A DNA stretch of 58,562 nt from a virus (IMGVR_UViG_3300002461_000269:1-58562), one strand, 5' to 3'; shown: positions 11,101 to 19,095, numbered from the stretch's first letter. Notes: a model not told the origin generated them from the sequence alone. Numbers and translations are program-made.

Positions 11101-14100
11101 GCAAACCCGCAACCGCGAGGACGCCTACAACGGCAAGGCCAAGCGCGAGTTTTACTTCCGGCTCTATTCCGAGTACAATGTGACCGAGCACTTCACCGTG
11201 AACGGCGACCTGTACAAGAAGCAGGGCGCCGCTTGGCCGGTGGACGTGATCGTGATTGAGGGCCGCGGCAAGTCTGCCTTGCCGCTCCCCGCAGTCAAAG
11301 CCCCGCGGATCTACGATTCGTGGGATGCACTGGAGAACGCCCTTGTTGAGCCCGCTCAAGTATCTGGAGAAGCTGGAAGCGCGGACGCTGGAACTGCTGG
11401 AGCAGGACAGCGACCCGCAGGCGGCAATGGCGATGCTGGACGAGGCGGCAATCGAGGGCGGGCTGACACAGGCGACGTCACCGCAGAGCAGCCCGGCGAC
11501 GTTCGCGGCGAGCCTGCTGTCGGACAACCCGATGGCGTTGGACTGGATCAGCGCGAAGCGGGACGCGGAAGCGTGGACCCTGCACCCCGACCGGTTCGAG
11601 AGCCTGGACGAGATCGTCAGCGCAATGCGCCCCAGCCCCAACTAGCAGAAGGCGAAGCCGCGCCTGCACAGGTGCGCTACTCCCCGGCGAGCGGCAGCTA
11701 CTCGCTCGACACGCTTGTGCCCTACAACATGCAGACCGCCGCGCAGAACGCGCTGGCGCGCATCGAGGCCAAGCACGGCAGCATCGACGCCTATGTGGCC
11801 GACAAGCTCGGCTTCACCCGCGAGGAAATGGGCAAGCGCCTTTCCGCCGAGGCAACCGACGCGATCGGGCTGGCGCTCGACAACATGGACCGCGTTGACC
11901 CTGCCACTGGCAAGGGCGCCGCTTTCATCATTGGTGACCAGACCGGTATCGGTAAGGGCCGCGTCGTCGCATCGGTGCTGCGCTATGCCATGAAGGAAGG
12001 CCGCACTGCGATCTTCGTTACCGAGAAGCCCAACCTCTACGCTGACATTTACCGCGACATGATGGACGTCGGTGTGAAGGAAATGCTCGGACGTGAGCCT
12101 GTCCTAGTGATGACCAACGCCGGTGAAAGCATCCCGCTAGGCGGCGGCAAGGAGCTAAAGAGCGGCGGCAGCGCGGCGCACAGCAAGCGGCTGGAGCGTG
12201 TCGCGCGCGGCGAAGAACAGTTCGACCTGCTGATGACGACATACTCGCAGATGCAGACCGTCAAGGGGCAGGTGACCCAGCGCCAGCAGGTGCTTGAGAA
12301 GCTGGCCGAGGGCGCGATCATCGTGTTCGACGAAAGCCACAACGCCGGCGGTCAGGGGCCGAACGAGCGGCGCGACAAGAAGGCCGAGAAGGGCGAGGTT
12401 GCCCCGAACCGCGCCGAGTTCGCGCGGATGCTGGCGCGCAAGGCGCAAGGCGTGATGTTCTCCAGCGCCACCTATGCCAAGCGCCCCGAGGTGATGGACC
12501 TCTACGCCCGCACTGACATGGGCCTTGCCGTGGCCGACCCGAAGGATTTGGGCGAAGCGATTGCCAACGGCGGCGTGCCATTGCAGCAGGTGCTTGCCTC
12601 TGCGCTGGCCGATGCAGGCCAGTACGTGCGCCGCGAACGGACATGGGAAGGTGTCAATTACCGCACCCCGCGCGTGCCGGTGGACGAGGCCGTCTATGGC
12701 GACGTGACCGAGATCCTACGCAGCATCCGCGAGTTTGAGGACGCCTTCATCACAGAGGTGAAAGAGGCGATCGACAAGGACGCCCGCGCCGAAGCGAAAA
12801 GCCTTTCGGCTGACGGTTCGGTTGGCGGCGCCGGCGTAAGCTCGACCAACTTCACGTCGGTGATGCACAACATCATCGAGCAGATGCTCTTGTCCCTGAA
12901 AGCGGGCCCGGCCGCCGACCGCGCGCTTGAGGCACTGCGCGCCGGCCGCAAGCCTGTCATCACCGTGGCGAACACCATGGGTTCGTTCATTCAGGAATAC
13001 GCCGACGAACGGAACATCAAGACCGGCGGCGCGATCGACCTCGACTTTGGCGCGGTGTTCGAGCGCTACCTCGACCGCACCCGGCAGTACACCGTGCGCA
13101 AGCCGTTCTCGAAGGAGAAGGGCGAGAAGAAATACATCAGCGATAGCGAGCTTGGCCCCGAGGGGCTGGCTGCATTCCGCGCCATTCAGGCGAAGATCCG
13201 CGAAACCGCATTCGGCCCGCTCCCGATTTCCCCGATCGACTTCATCGCACAGCGCTTGAAGGACGAGGGCTACACCGTGGGCGAGATTACCGGCCGCTCG
13301 CACACCATTGACTATGCGGGCGGTGCACCGACCCTGCGGCTGCGCGGCGCCAAGGAAACCGGGATTGCCGGGCGCCTGGCTGCGGTGAACGGCTTCAACT
13401 CCGGCAAGATCAACGCCATGATCTTGAACCAGTCAGGCTCGACCGGCTTGTCGATCCATGCCAGCGACCAGTTCAAGGATCAGAGCCCGCGCACGATGAT
13501 TATCGCGCAGGCCGAGCGCAACGTCGACACGCACATGCAGATGCTTGGCCGTATCCACCGTACCGGACAGGTGGTGCTTCCCGAGTATGACCAGCTTGTA
13601 GCCGAGGTGCCGGCAGAAATGCGCCCCGCCGCTGTGCTGGCAAAGAAGATGGCGAGCCTCAACGCCAACACGACGGGCGCGCGCGGTTCGGCCGTGACGT
13701 CGGACGAGATCCCCGACTTTATGAACGACTTCGGGGACGAGGTGATTGCTCGCATCATGGAGGAAGACACCGACCTCTACCGCGTGCTGGGCAAGCCGCT
13801 GGGTGAGAGCAAGAACGGCGGCTATATCCGCGAAGGCGCGGCCCGCAAGGTGACCGGCCGCCTCATGCTCCTGCCGCTGGCCGAGCAACAGGATTTCTAC
13901 GACAACTTCCTTGGTCAGTACCAATCGTACCTGGCACAGAAGGAAGCGGCTGGCGAAGCTGGGCTCGAAGCCAAGACCCTGCCGCTCGATGCGCGGATCG
14001 TGGACGCCAGCAATGTTGTGGCTGCGACCCGCGCCGGCACCCCATTTGGTGAAGCGGTGGTAATGGAGACGCTCGACGTCAAGCGGCTGGGCAAGCCTAT

Positions 14101-17100
14101 GTCGTCAGCGCAAGTGCTGGAGCGCATCAGTGAGACGATTGGCGCCAGCGTGCCAGACGGCAGCCCGGCCAGCGCGCTCGACCAGCTGCGCCGCGATGGT
14201 GAAGGCTGGATCAGCGACACCGTATCGCAGCCTGCGCTGACCGAGTTCGAGACGTACCGCCAGCAGACCGTCGACAATGCCAGCGAGAAGGCGGCGCCGG
14301 AGATTGCCGACCGCCTCAATCAGAACCGACTGGCCTTCCGCCAGCTGCTCGACATTGCCTACCCCGGGCGCGGTGTCCTGCTCTACAACGAGAACGGCGA
14401 CCCCTTGGGCGGCGTGGTCATCAACGTGGACAAGCGCGGCAAGGCCAAGAACCCTATCGCCTTGAGCACATGGCACGTCACCATTGCGACGGCCGATTCC
14501 TCGCGCCAGATCACCATTCCGCTTTCGCAGCTGCGCACCCGCAACATGCCGGAGGATGCGGGCCGGTTGATCGAAGCGACGTCGCGGATCGAGGGCTACC
14601 CTGTGCTCGAAGCCTTCGACAGTATGCAGGCCGAGGCGCGCGAGAAGCGTGTGATCTTCACCGGCAATATCCTCGCTGCCTACAAGGAGACGAACGGCAA
14701 GGGCCAGGTGGTCAACTTCGTGGGCGAGGATGGCAGCGTGCGCCCCGGCATCATGATGCGCCGCGGCTACAACCATAGCGGTGTGGTGAAGAACCGCCCC
14801 GTCGACTTCCGTATGCCCAAACAGGTGATCGAGTGGATGCGCGGCGGGCGCGAAGCCTACGGCGCCGGCGTATCGGTGGCGCTGGATGGCGGCCAGATCA
14901 AGGTGACGACAGCCGCATCGAAGCGCGGCGGCGGGGACGTGTTCCTTAACCGCGATGTGATTGCGGCGCTGGGCACGGACTTTGTGAAGACGTCGGGCGG
15001 CATGGTCGCGCGCGCACCGGAGAGCAAGGCAACCGCAGTCGTGGCCGCGCTGATGCGGACGGGCGCCAAGCTGCAAGCCAAGACCGACCTTGCCGACGCG
15101 CGCCAGCTTGTTGCCGGCAGCCAGGATGCACTGGACAGCCGCCCCGACCTATTCGACGCCCCAGCACAGCCCGAACGCACCATGACGCAGGCGCAGCGCG
15201 CCGAGCTTGAGGCACGCCAGCAGCAGGGCAAGGCGCGGCGCGGCGGGCAGCAGGGGCTTGGCGACCAAGAGGGCGGGCTGTTCAGCAGCGAGCGCGACCA
15301 GGGCAGCCTGTTCCTGCGCACCGAGAGCGGCGAGCCTATCACCGGCCAACAGGCCAGTGAGCTTGAAGCGGATCTTCGCGCGCGCCTAGATGCAATGGGC
15401 CTGCAACGGGTGAACCTTCGCGTCGGCACGCGGGCGCAGCTGGCACGGCCGGGAGCAACGCGCGGGCCGGATGGCCAATACCTCCCGTCGCTCAAGCTGA
15501 TTGCGGTGGCGAGCGATGCGGTCAATGGCAGCACGTTCACGCTGGGCCATGAGGCCGTGCACGCGCTGCGCGACCTTGGCGCGATCAGCCAGAGCGATTG
15601 GAGCTTGCTTGAGGGCGCGGCGTGGACGCGCAATCCCGAAGCGCAAGCCAGCATCAAGCGCCGCTACCCCGACCTGCGCGAGAATGCACAGCGCGAGGAA
15701 GCCGTGGCCGATCTGTTCGGGCGCTTCCAGGTCAACAGCGAGGGAACGGTGGGCGCGATTGCGCGCATCATCCGCCGCACGCTGGGGATCTTCGAGGCTA
15801 TCCGCAATGCACTGCGCGGCAAGGGCTTCACCATGGACCGCCGCGCGTTTGACGTGCTGGAGGACATTCGCACCGGCCGCACAGCGCAGGACATTGGCCG
15901 GTTCGAGACGGGCAACGCGATCAACAAGCGGAGCAATCCCAATACCCCGACGGGCGGGCCTGACCAGTTCGCGGAGAGCGAAGGCTCGCTCGACAGCCGC
16001 GCCGCCGTCGTCAGCCTGGCCGGCAGCGACCCGACGTGGAAGGGCAAGACCGCCGTAGCCTTCGACAAGTTCCGCACCACGATGCAGGACCGCTACATGC
16101 CGATGCTGCGCACCCAGCGCACGATCGAGACAATGACCGGCGAGAGCCTGCCCAATTCCATGAACCCCTACTTGGGCGAGGAATTGATGACGGGCCGCAT
16201 CGGCTCGCGTCTGGAGAAGCTGCACGAAGACATGATTGGCCCGCTGTTCGACGACATGGCGCGCGCCAAGGTGAACGTCGACGAGCTTGAAACCTTCCTC
16301 TACGCCCGGCACGCGCCGGAGCGGAACGCCAAGATGCAGGAGATTAACCCTGACCTGGCACCGGGCGAAGGCTCCGGCATGACTGACATTGAGGCGATGG
16401 CGGTGATGAACCGTGTTCGCAAGGCCGGGAAGATGGAGGACATGGAGCGGCTGGCCGCCAAGGTCGACGCCCTGCGCGATAGCGCGCTCGACTTCCGCGT
16501 CGAATCCGGTTTGATGAGCCAGAAGGCGGCTGACGAATGGCGCTCGACCTATGAATACTACGTCCCTCTGCGCGGCTTCAAGGAGATTGAGGGCGAGCTT
16601 TCCGAGGAAACGGCCGAGCGTATCAACAAGTCAGGCGGCGGGATCAACGTGCGCGGGCCGGAGAGCAAGCGCGCATTCGGGCGCCGGTCAAAGGCCGATA
16701 GCCCACTGTCCTACCTGATCTTGCAGGCAGAGGAGGCCATCGTGCGCGGGGAAACCAACCGTGTCGCGCAGCGCTTCATCGAGCTTGCCCGCGCCAATCC
16801 TGACGAGGATTTCTGGCAGGTCAACAAGGTGTCGGTCAATCGCCGGATGAACCCCGAGAGCGGTCAGGTCGAGGAGGTGGTGAGCTACAACCTCGCCGCC
16901 AAGGACAAGGATTACACCGTCGTCGCCAAGATTGACGGCAAAGAGGTGCGCGTCACCATGAACCAGGCCAACCCGGCCGCGCGCCGGCTTGCCAATTCGA
17001 TGCGCAACATCACCCAGCACCAGCTGGATTGGGTGACCAAGTACCTCGGGACGGTCAACCGCTACCTTTCGACGGTCAACACCACCCTGAACCCCGAGTT

Positions 17101-18703
17101 CATCATCACCAACGCCTTCCGCGACATGCAGACGGCAGCGATCAACTTGCAAAGCATCGACGTCCCGGGCATCGGTAAGGCGGCGGCTGGGCACTACAAG
17201 GGCGCGCTGGCCGCATCGCTCAAGGGATCGTGGGGCAAGGGCTCCGGCGAATGGAAGCAGTATTACGACGAGTTCATGCTTGCCGGTGGCCGGGTGTATT
17301 TCAACAACGTCGAGAACGTGGAGCAGATCCGCGCGCGGGTTAAGAGTTCGTTCGACATGGCGAACCTCAAGGCGGGCAACGGGGGCGAGGCACGCCTTCA
17401 CGTCAAGCGCGGGTTTATCGCTGTGCGCGATGCGATCGAGAACACCAACCAGGGGGTTGAGAACGCGGTGCGCCTTGCCGCCTATCGTGCGGCGCGCGAG
17501 GCAGGCGTTGACCAGGACAAGGCCGCGTCGATTGCCAAGAACCTGACCGTCAACTTCAACCGCCGCGGCACGTTCGGCCCGGCGCTGAATGCGGCGTACC
17601 TGTTCTACAATGCGTCGGTGCAGGGCTCGGTCACGCTGTTCCTCGCAGCCAAGCATCGCAAGGTGCAGAAGGTGCTTGCCGGAATTGCGGTTGCGGGCGC
17701 GCTCAACGAGTTCCTCAACATGATGCTGTCCGACGACGACGACGACGGCGAGAGCTTCTACGACAAGATCCCGTCCTACGAGAAATCGCGCAACATGATC
17801 GTGATGACGAGCGGCTCGACCTACATCAAGATCCCGCTGGCCTACGGGTACGGCGCGATTTGGGAGGCAGGCCGTACAGCCAGCGAGATTTATCGCCGCG
17901 GTGGCGACAAGTGGCAGGAGAGCGCGGGCAACCTTGTGACCACCATCGTCGACAGCTTCAACCCGGTGGGCGGGACGGACAACATCATCAACTTCTTTGC
18001 GCCGACGATCCTCGATCCGTTGGTCGACATTGAGTTGAACAAAGACTTCTCCGGCAAGCCGATCCTGCCGAACCAAAGCCCTTACGACGTGGAGGAGCCC
18101 GACGCGCAGCGCTATTTCGGGAGCGTGGGAACGCACTGGCGCGAGGTCACGGACTTCCTGACGAACGCGACCGGGGGCAATGTGGTCGAGCCCGGCTGGG
18201 TGGACGTGAGCCCCGAGACGCTCGAATATATGTTCGGCTTTGTGACGGGCGCGGCCGGTGGCTTTGTCGACCGCAATGCCGCTCTGCCTGACAAGGTTAT
18301 CAGGGGCGAGGTCGAGGCCAACGACGTACCGTTCGTGCGCAAGCTCATCGGCGGCGAGCCCGGCTGGCAGGACACAAGCCGGTATTACGATCGCGTGGGC
18401 GAGGTCGAGCAGGCCTACGAATACACCAAGCGCTACATCGAGGCCGAGCAGATCCCCGAGGCGCGCGCCTATGCCGAGCGCAAGGAGAAGGTGCTGACGC
18501 TGGTGCCGGCGATGAAGGAAGCGCAGAAGCTCATGCGCGAGGTCCGCAAGGAAAAGCGTACGATCGACTTCGAGTATGAAATGGGCCGGCTGGACGACAC
18601 GCAATATGAGGCTCGCCGTGAGCGCGCGAAAGAGGTAGAAGGGCGGATTGTCTCGGCGTTCAACACGCGCTGGAATGCTACCCTCTACCCCAAGGAGGAA
18701 TGA
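5126..18703 (+). CDS. Giant 4525-aa DarB-like polyvalent virion protein (SLT, ddrB-like ParB, RelA/SpoT-like NTase, N6-adenine MTase, strawberry-notch SF2 helicase, zincin-like peptidase, LPD38-like)
   Basis: SLT: IESG..SSASGLFQF, YLAHFLG (~6630-7065). ParB-like: QPRDR, DGAPII, SGNGR (~7245-8340). RelA/SpoT-like: KSRERVIVK, DLAR, SGYADHK, ELQ (~9270-9740). MTase: YSTP, EPSAGNG, NPPF (~10650-11330). Helicase: GDQTGIGKGR, DESH, SAT, QMLGRIHRTGQ (~11690-13950). Peptidase: HEAVH...EEAVA (~15550-15710). LPD38-like: YIKIPLAYGYG near the C-terminus. Confidence 0.9.
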   Translation: MAGRDLLAGIPRDELLSASERLRAKAPQGRDLLEGASEGDLRAAETRLRERAARDEEAKANRESAAEAARRPSDPGVGSLLGLGSARRPAPAAGPSSFFASERPVAAEREQFLAENRTRVPTGEIKADNYIEQQAAKIGQAGLGLAAGGARAVIALSDKLQRNIGVLPGDQAARDVLTTFAEDSEITAGRRVEGTTSFEDVKENPLLAGKFILDEGPASLAITPLLLNPYGAAAVGLGTAGGIAQERAVNDGRTEATAGDLAVAAPFAAGSLALDKFGFDRLLNPGSGALITRILKAGGTEGLTEGTQGALENLGGSLGTERGVDLNELRDSITASALVGTGAGAGFRGGSEAVDATAKAITARRAARATITPDDEASPLDTADIEAGRAAQIEVELGKQQSSNIELPEVGGRVNVLVPGSSTPVEGTFAGSFSDADGAGIEVILSDGQTIREYNDNIEDAGYKITPIQSAASGSAAAGPAAPTASPSVRTGQQSGAAGFDMGRYQAQNSQIESGNRPYIKADTSSASGLFQFVKKTWIAEGGAWGNDDSQAFGGLKPSAEEQRARFKSFTDKNVAGIKAIGAPVTDGNVYLAHFLGMGGARSILGADPNTPVAQLLKDDQITANKSILKGKTAGDVIAWAARKMGGALPAQAGGESFAAPDTEREPFEFSNRDEPEAAAPALIGKPIPLRVEDRQETAVVPATLQEVPVRYAVAELADLVPSNTPDGAVNPAFPAERQPRDRTRAASQNQVRNIATNLYPRLLGRDVKASDGAPIISADGVVDSGNGRVMALSQAYAQGGQQVDAYRAMLEEEGFDVSGMTQPVMVRVRDEMPAADVARFVRDSNARSTASMSGVETASTDAASMGSNLLGLYRGGDLDTLNNSDFVRGFMQAFVPASEVGDMVMKDGRPSANLLRRIEAALLVRALGPQSFVEWLVDSRSSKIKSIGNALIETSGKLAQMREAAAQGIIDPSVDISANVAEAVTLVDRARREDRGVAEFVNQVDAFSGTLDPITEAVLRLMYKDPAFKKARSQKDLTNALTFYIEQAMVTVPGGGLIASTSNPASDILALANARQDDPTARPSAKPAAADGQIGSLVDPVEDVRPAGTDSGERAGEGVQPGAGTEGSGESQADLTDNRSDAVQREGEAESVDPTAGDDASPSYRLEDTTSGKGIALFDATPAQLAAIEAAGIAKPAKRSDGAMVFSKKREAAIRAALELVAEADGPILDRAERLRMVREAVNGSADTSIEGDLIVGPGLRLNFQTASESELRSALARVTETVTPAEDDTAKARGAAAPTTAGKGLLGRNRDGNEVFEDERGVRSYVENGIRLTESVQMRPVRGEGIRLSVDVANRWESYKTTEELGQEQAQEETRIGREYDSMLSDIRRAQQQLDSFGGEQDATFKSGGVKSRERVIVKATNEDGYNSVRDIKDLARGAFIVDSMEQAEALATAIGERFTVVQDKGWQRLDSGYADHKLIVESSGIKAELQIVPSVVWNAKKAGGANKLYEEQRAPGVSEERYAELERQQQEIYSAALEATGFAQFASAAKSASGNSASASSRESETPSLVASPGASAQVESSRQTNASGGAIENTAASRNSTSLNVGDTSTSEDNVGANSQESNNAEVNRFANNTLFTADKVEAARARMKDRMKRLNAGVDPEMLIDGMVIAGAYIEDGVRNFADFAKQMRADFGNGITPYLLSFWEGARNYPGLNTEGMTSPDVSRAISEMIAADAAPTVEQSSTVQPEPQADLPELARVFVEALRTRSFASITEARAFAKEATGQDFRPGTLEAKKLDEAIEAALVFNARAIVAEGAAPLATYRQLVSLYGRQPNLGVRTSTSVQEQAYSTPAPLAYLAALRAGISNSTTVYEPSAGNGMLLITADPAKVTANELNADRVAQLRDLYPQATITQGDATAANPDGPQRDRIIANPPFGPVKDEQGDTVIFDLGDGYEAREIDHAISLLSLDMMKNGGKAALIVGSVAKQTRNREDAYNGKAKREFYFRLYSEYNVTEHFTVNGDLYKKQGAAWPVDVIVIEGRGKSALPLPAVKAPRIYDSWDALENALVEPAQVSGEAGSADAGTAGAGQRPAGGNGDAGRGGNRGRADTGDVTAEQPGDVRGEPAVGQPDGVGLDQREAGRGSVDPAPRPVREPGRDRQRNAPQPQLAEGEAAPAQVRYSPASGSYSLDTLVPYNMQTAAQNALARIEAKHGSIDAYVADKLGFTREEMGKRLSAEATDAIGLALDNMDRVDPATGKGAAFIIGDQTGIGKGRVVASVLRYAMKEGRTAIFVTEKPNLYADIYRDMMDVGVKEMLGREPVLVMTNAGESIPLGGGKELKSGGSAAHSKRLERVARGEEQFDLLMTTYSQMQTVKGQVTQRQQVLEKLAEGAIIVFDESHNAGGQGPNERRDKKAEKGEVAPNRAEFARMLARKAQGVMFSSATYAKRPEVMDLYARTDMGLAVADPKDLGEAIANGGVPLQQVLASALADAGQYVRRERTWEGVNYRTPRVPVDEAVYGDVTEILRSIREFEDAFITEVKEAIDKDARAEAKSLSADGSVGGAGVSSTNFTSVMHNIIEQMLLSLKAGPAADRALEALRAGRKPVITVANTMGSFIQEYADERNIKTGGAIDLDFGAVFERYLDRTRQYTVRKPFSKEKGEKKYISDSELGPEGLAAFRAIQAKIRETAFGPLPISPIDFIAQRLKDEGYTVGEITGRSHTIDYAGGAPTLRLRGAKETGIAGRLAAVNGFNSGKINAMILNQSGSTGLSIHASDQFKDQSPRTMIIAQAERNVDTHMQMLGRIHRTGQVVLPEYDQLVAEVPAEMRPAAVLAKKMASLNANTTGARGSAVTSDEIPDFMNDFGDEVIARIMEEDTDLYRVLGKPLGESKNGGYIREGAARKVTGRLMLLPLAEQQDFYDNFLGQYQSYLAQKEAAGEAGLEAKTLPLDARIVDASNVVAATRAGTPFGEAVVMETLDVKRLGKPMSSAQVLERISETIGASVPDGSPASALDQLRRDGEGWISDTVSQPALTEFETYRQQTVDNASEKAAPEIADRLNQNRLAFRQLLDIAYPGRGVLLYNENGDPLGGVVINVDKRGKAKNPIALSTWHVTIATADSSRQITIPLSQLRTRNMPEDAGRLIEATSRIEGYPVLEAFDSMQAEAREKRVIFTGNILAAYKETNGKGQVVNFVGEDGSVRPGIMMRRGYNHSGVVKNRPVDFRMPKQVIEWMRGGREAYGAGVSVALDGGQIKVTTAASKRGGGDVFLNRDVIAALGTDFVKTSGGMVARAPESKATAVVAALMRTGAKLQAKTDLADARQLVAGSQDALDSRPDLFDAPAQPERTMTQAQRAELEARQQQGKARRGGQQGLGDQEGGLFSSERDQGSLFLRTESGEPITGQQASELEADLRARLDAMGLQRVNLRVGTRAQLARPGATRGPDGQYLPSLKLIAVASDAVNGSTFTLGHEAVHALRDLGAISQSDWSLLEGAAWTRNPEAQASIKRRYPDLRENAQREEAVADLFGRFQVNSEGTVGAIARIIRRTLGIFEAIRNALRGKGFTMDRRAFDVLEDIRTGRTAQDIGRFETGNAINKRSNPNTPTGGPDQFAESEGSLDSRAAVVSLAGSDPTWKGKTAVAFDKFRTTMQDRYMPMLRTQRTIETMTGESLPNSMNPYLGEELMTGRIGSRLEKLHEDMIGPLFDDMARAKVNVDELETFLYARHAPERNAKMQEINPDLAPGEGSGMTDIEAMAVMNRVRKAGKMEDMERLAAKVDALRDSALDFRVESGLMSQKAADEWRSTYEYYVPLRGFKEIEGELSEETAERINKSGGGINVRGPESKRAFGRRSKADSPLSYLILQAEEAIVRGETNRVAQRFIELARANPDEDFWQVNKVSVNRRMNPESGQVEEVVSYNLAAKDKDYTVVAKIDGKEVRVTMNQANPAARRLANSMRNITQHQLDWVTKYLGTVNRYLSTVNTTLNPEFIITNAFRDMQTAAINLQSIDVPGIGKAAAGHYKGALAASLKGSWGKGSGEWKQYYDEFMLAGGRVYFNNVENVEQIRARVKSSFDMANLKAGNGGEARLHVKRGFIAVRDAIENTNQGVENAVRLAAYRAAREAGVDQDKAASIAKNLTVNFNRRGTFGPALNAAYLFYNASVQGSVTLFLAAKHRKVQKVLAGIAVAGALNEFLNMMLSDDDDDGESFYDKIPSYEKSRNMIVMTSGSTYIKIPLAYGYGAIWEAGRTASEIYRRGGDKWQESAGNLVTTIVDSFNPVGGTDNIINFFAPTILDPLVDIELNKDFSGKPILPNQSPYDVEEPDAQRYFGSVGTHWREVTDFLTNATGGNVVEPGWVDVSPETLEYMFGFVTGAAGGFVDRNAALPDKVIRGEVEANDVPFVRKLIGGEPGWQDTSRYYDRVGEVEQAYEYTKRYIEAEQIPEARAYAERKEKVLTLVPAMKEAQKLMREVRKEKRTIDFEYEMGRLDDTQYEARRERAKEVEGRIVSAFNTRWNATLYPKEE
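8306..8334 (+). promoter_or_regulatory. Internal sigma70-type promoter for nested gene 1
   Basis: TCGACA (8306-8311), 17 bp spacer, TATTCT (8329-8334), with an extended -10 TG. Lies 11 bp before the ATG at 8346. Confidence 0.6.
8346..8534 (+). CDS. Nested gene 1 (+1 frame, 62 aa) in linker after ParB-like domain
   Basis: MQDKMTPQ...AAWSILSKTFDRLAQTAESEPEKAYSRGLAQKAAAKAKPI*. Codons are mostly G/C-ending in this frame while the host frame is a low-complexity linker. Has its own promoter. Confidence 0.6.
   Translation: MQDKMTPQRDPAPSPQQPTDRSAAWSILSKTFDRLAQTAESEPEKAYSRGLAQKAAAKAKPI
8564..8616 (+). other. Long stem-loop inside giant gene, just downstream of nested gene 1
   Basis: GAAGGTGAGGC...GCCTCACCTTC perfect 11-bp inverted repeat enclosing an inner stem CGGTAG/CTGCCG. 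Confidence 0.6.
9730..9960 (-). CDS. Nested gene 2 (antisense, 76 aa), candidate antitoxin of the RelA/SpoT-like domain
   Basis: GGAGG RBS (9966-9970) 5 nt before GTG. Acidic protein MSPTFKEVEFRLAAVFSIAPPLALVWREDSTWAEAPG.... The host frame here is a Ser-rich antisense shadow. Has its own promoter. Confidence 0.7.
   Translation of the reverse strand: MSPTFKEVEFRLAAVFSIAPPLALVWREDSTWAEAPGLATKEGVSLSREEAEAEFPDADFAALANWAKPVASSAAE
9977..10005 (-). promoter_or_regulatory. Antisense sigma70-type promoter for nested gene 2
   Basis: Minus strand TTGCTT, 17 bp spacer, TACATT, in an AT-rich patch 6 nt before the RBS. Confidence 0.65.
11343..11645 (+). CDS. Nested gene 3 (+1 frame, ~100 aa) between MTase and helicase domains
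   Basis: GGAGA RBS at 11332 then TTG. Helical acidic protein (LKYLEKLEARTLELLEQDSDPQAAMAMLDEAA...). About 9 of 100 codons end in A/T by hand count. The host frame is a G/R/D/P-rich shadow. Confidence 0.7.
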   Translation: MLSPLKYLEKLEARTLELLEQDSDPQAAMAMLDEAAIEGGLTQATSPQSSPATFAASLLSDNPMALDWISAKRDAEAWTLHPDRFESLDEIVSAMRPSPN

Positions 18704-18915
18704 TGCTTCTCTGGATCTATACCGTGGTGCTGGCCGCCGCGTTCGCGCTGCCCTTCTATGCGCTCTGGCGCACGCTGGGGACAGAGAAGGTGCCGAAGCG
18801 CTTGGCCCGGCGCTATGCGCTGGTGATCTTCGCGGGTGCGTTTCTTGTGATTGGGACCGCCAACATTGCGCACTACACTTCGCAGGGGAAGCCCAACTTT
18901 GGGCAGACTGGGTAG
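18700..18915 (+). CDS. Small two-TM membrane protein
   Basis: AAGGAGG RBS, coupled to the giant gene stop, with two hydrophobic helices. Confidence 0.7.
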   Translation: MMLLWIYTVVLAAAFALPFYALWRTLGTEKVPKRLARRYALVIFAGAFLVIGTANIAHYTSQGKPNFGQTG

Positions 18916-18981
18916 GATTTTTAACACGATCCCGCGACGTGTAAAAGGAATCGCGTTTCTTTAACATGAGGACCGAGCACC

Positions 18982-19095
18982 ATGTTCAGCCGAGCGATCT
19001 CAGCCTACCGGATCTGGCGCGGCAGGGGCGCGGCCAAGATGGACGCTGGCCTCTGGCTGCATTGGGTGGTGTTCGGGCGCTATCCGCGGCTTTAA
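18982..19095 (+). CDS. Possible 37-aa peptide
   Basis: GAGGA then ATG. MFSRAISAYRIWRGRGAAKMDAGLWLHWVVFGRYPRL*. Confidence 0.3.
   Translation: MFSRAISAYRIWRGRGAAKMDAGLWLHWVVFGRYPRL

Noticed and set aside
16688-18967. 759-aa antisense ORF and other long minus-strand ORFs under the giant, portal and bet genes
   Set aside because: Typical antisense shadows of GC-biased genes. The sense frame keeps normal codon bias and I saw no convincing RBS or promoter, unlike the three nested genes.
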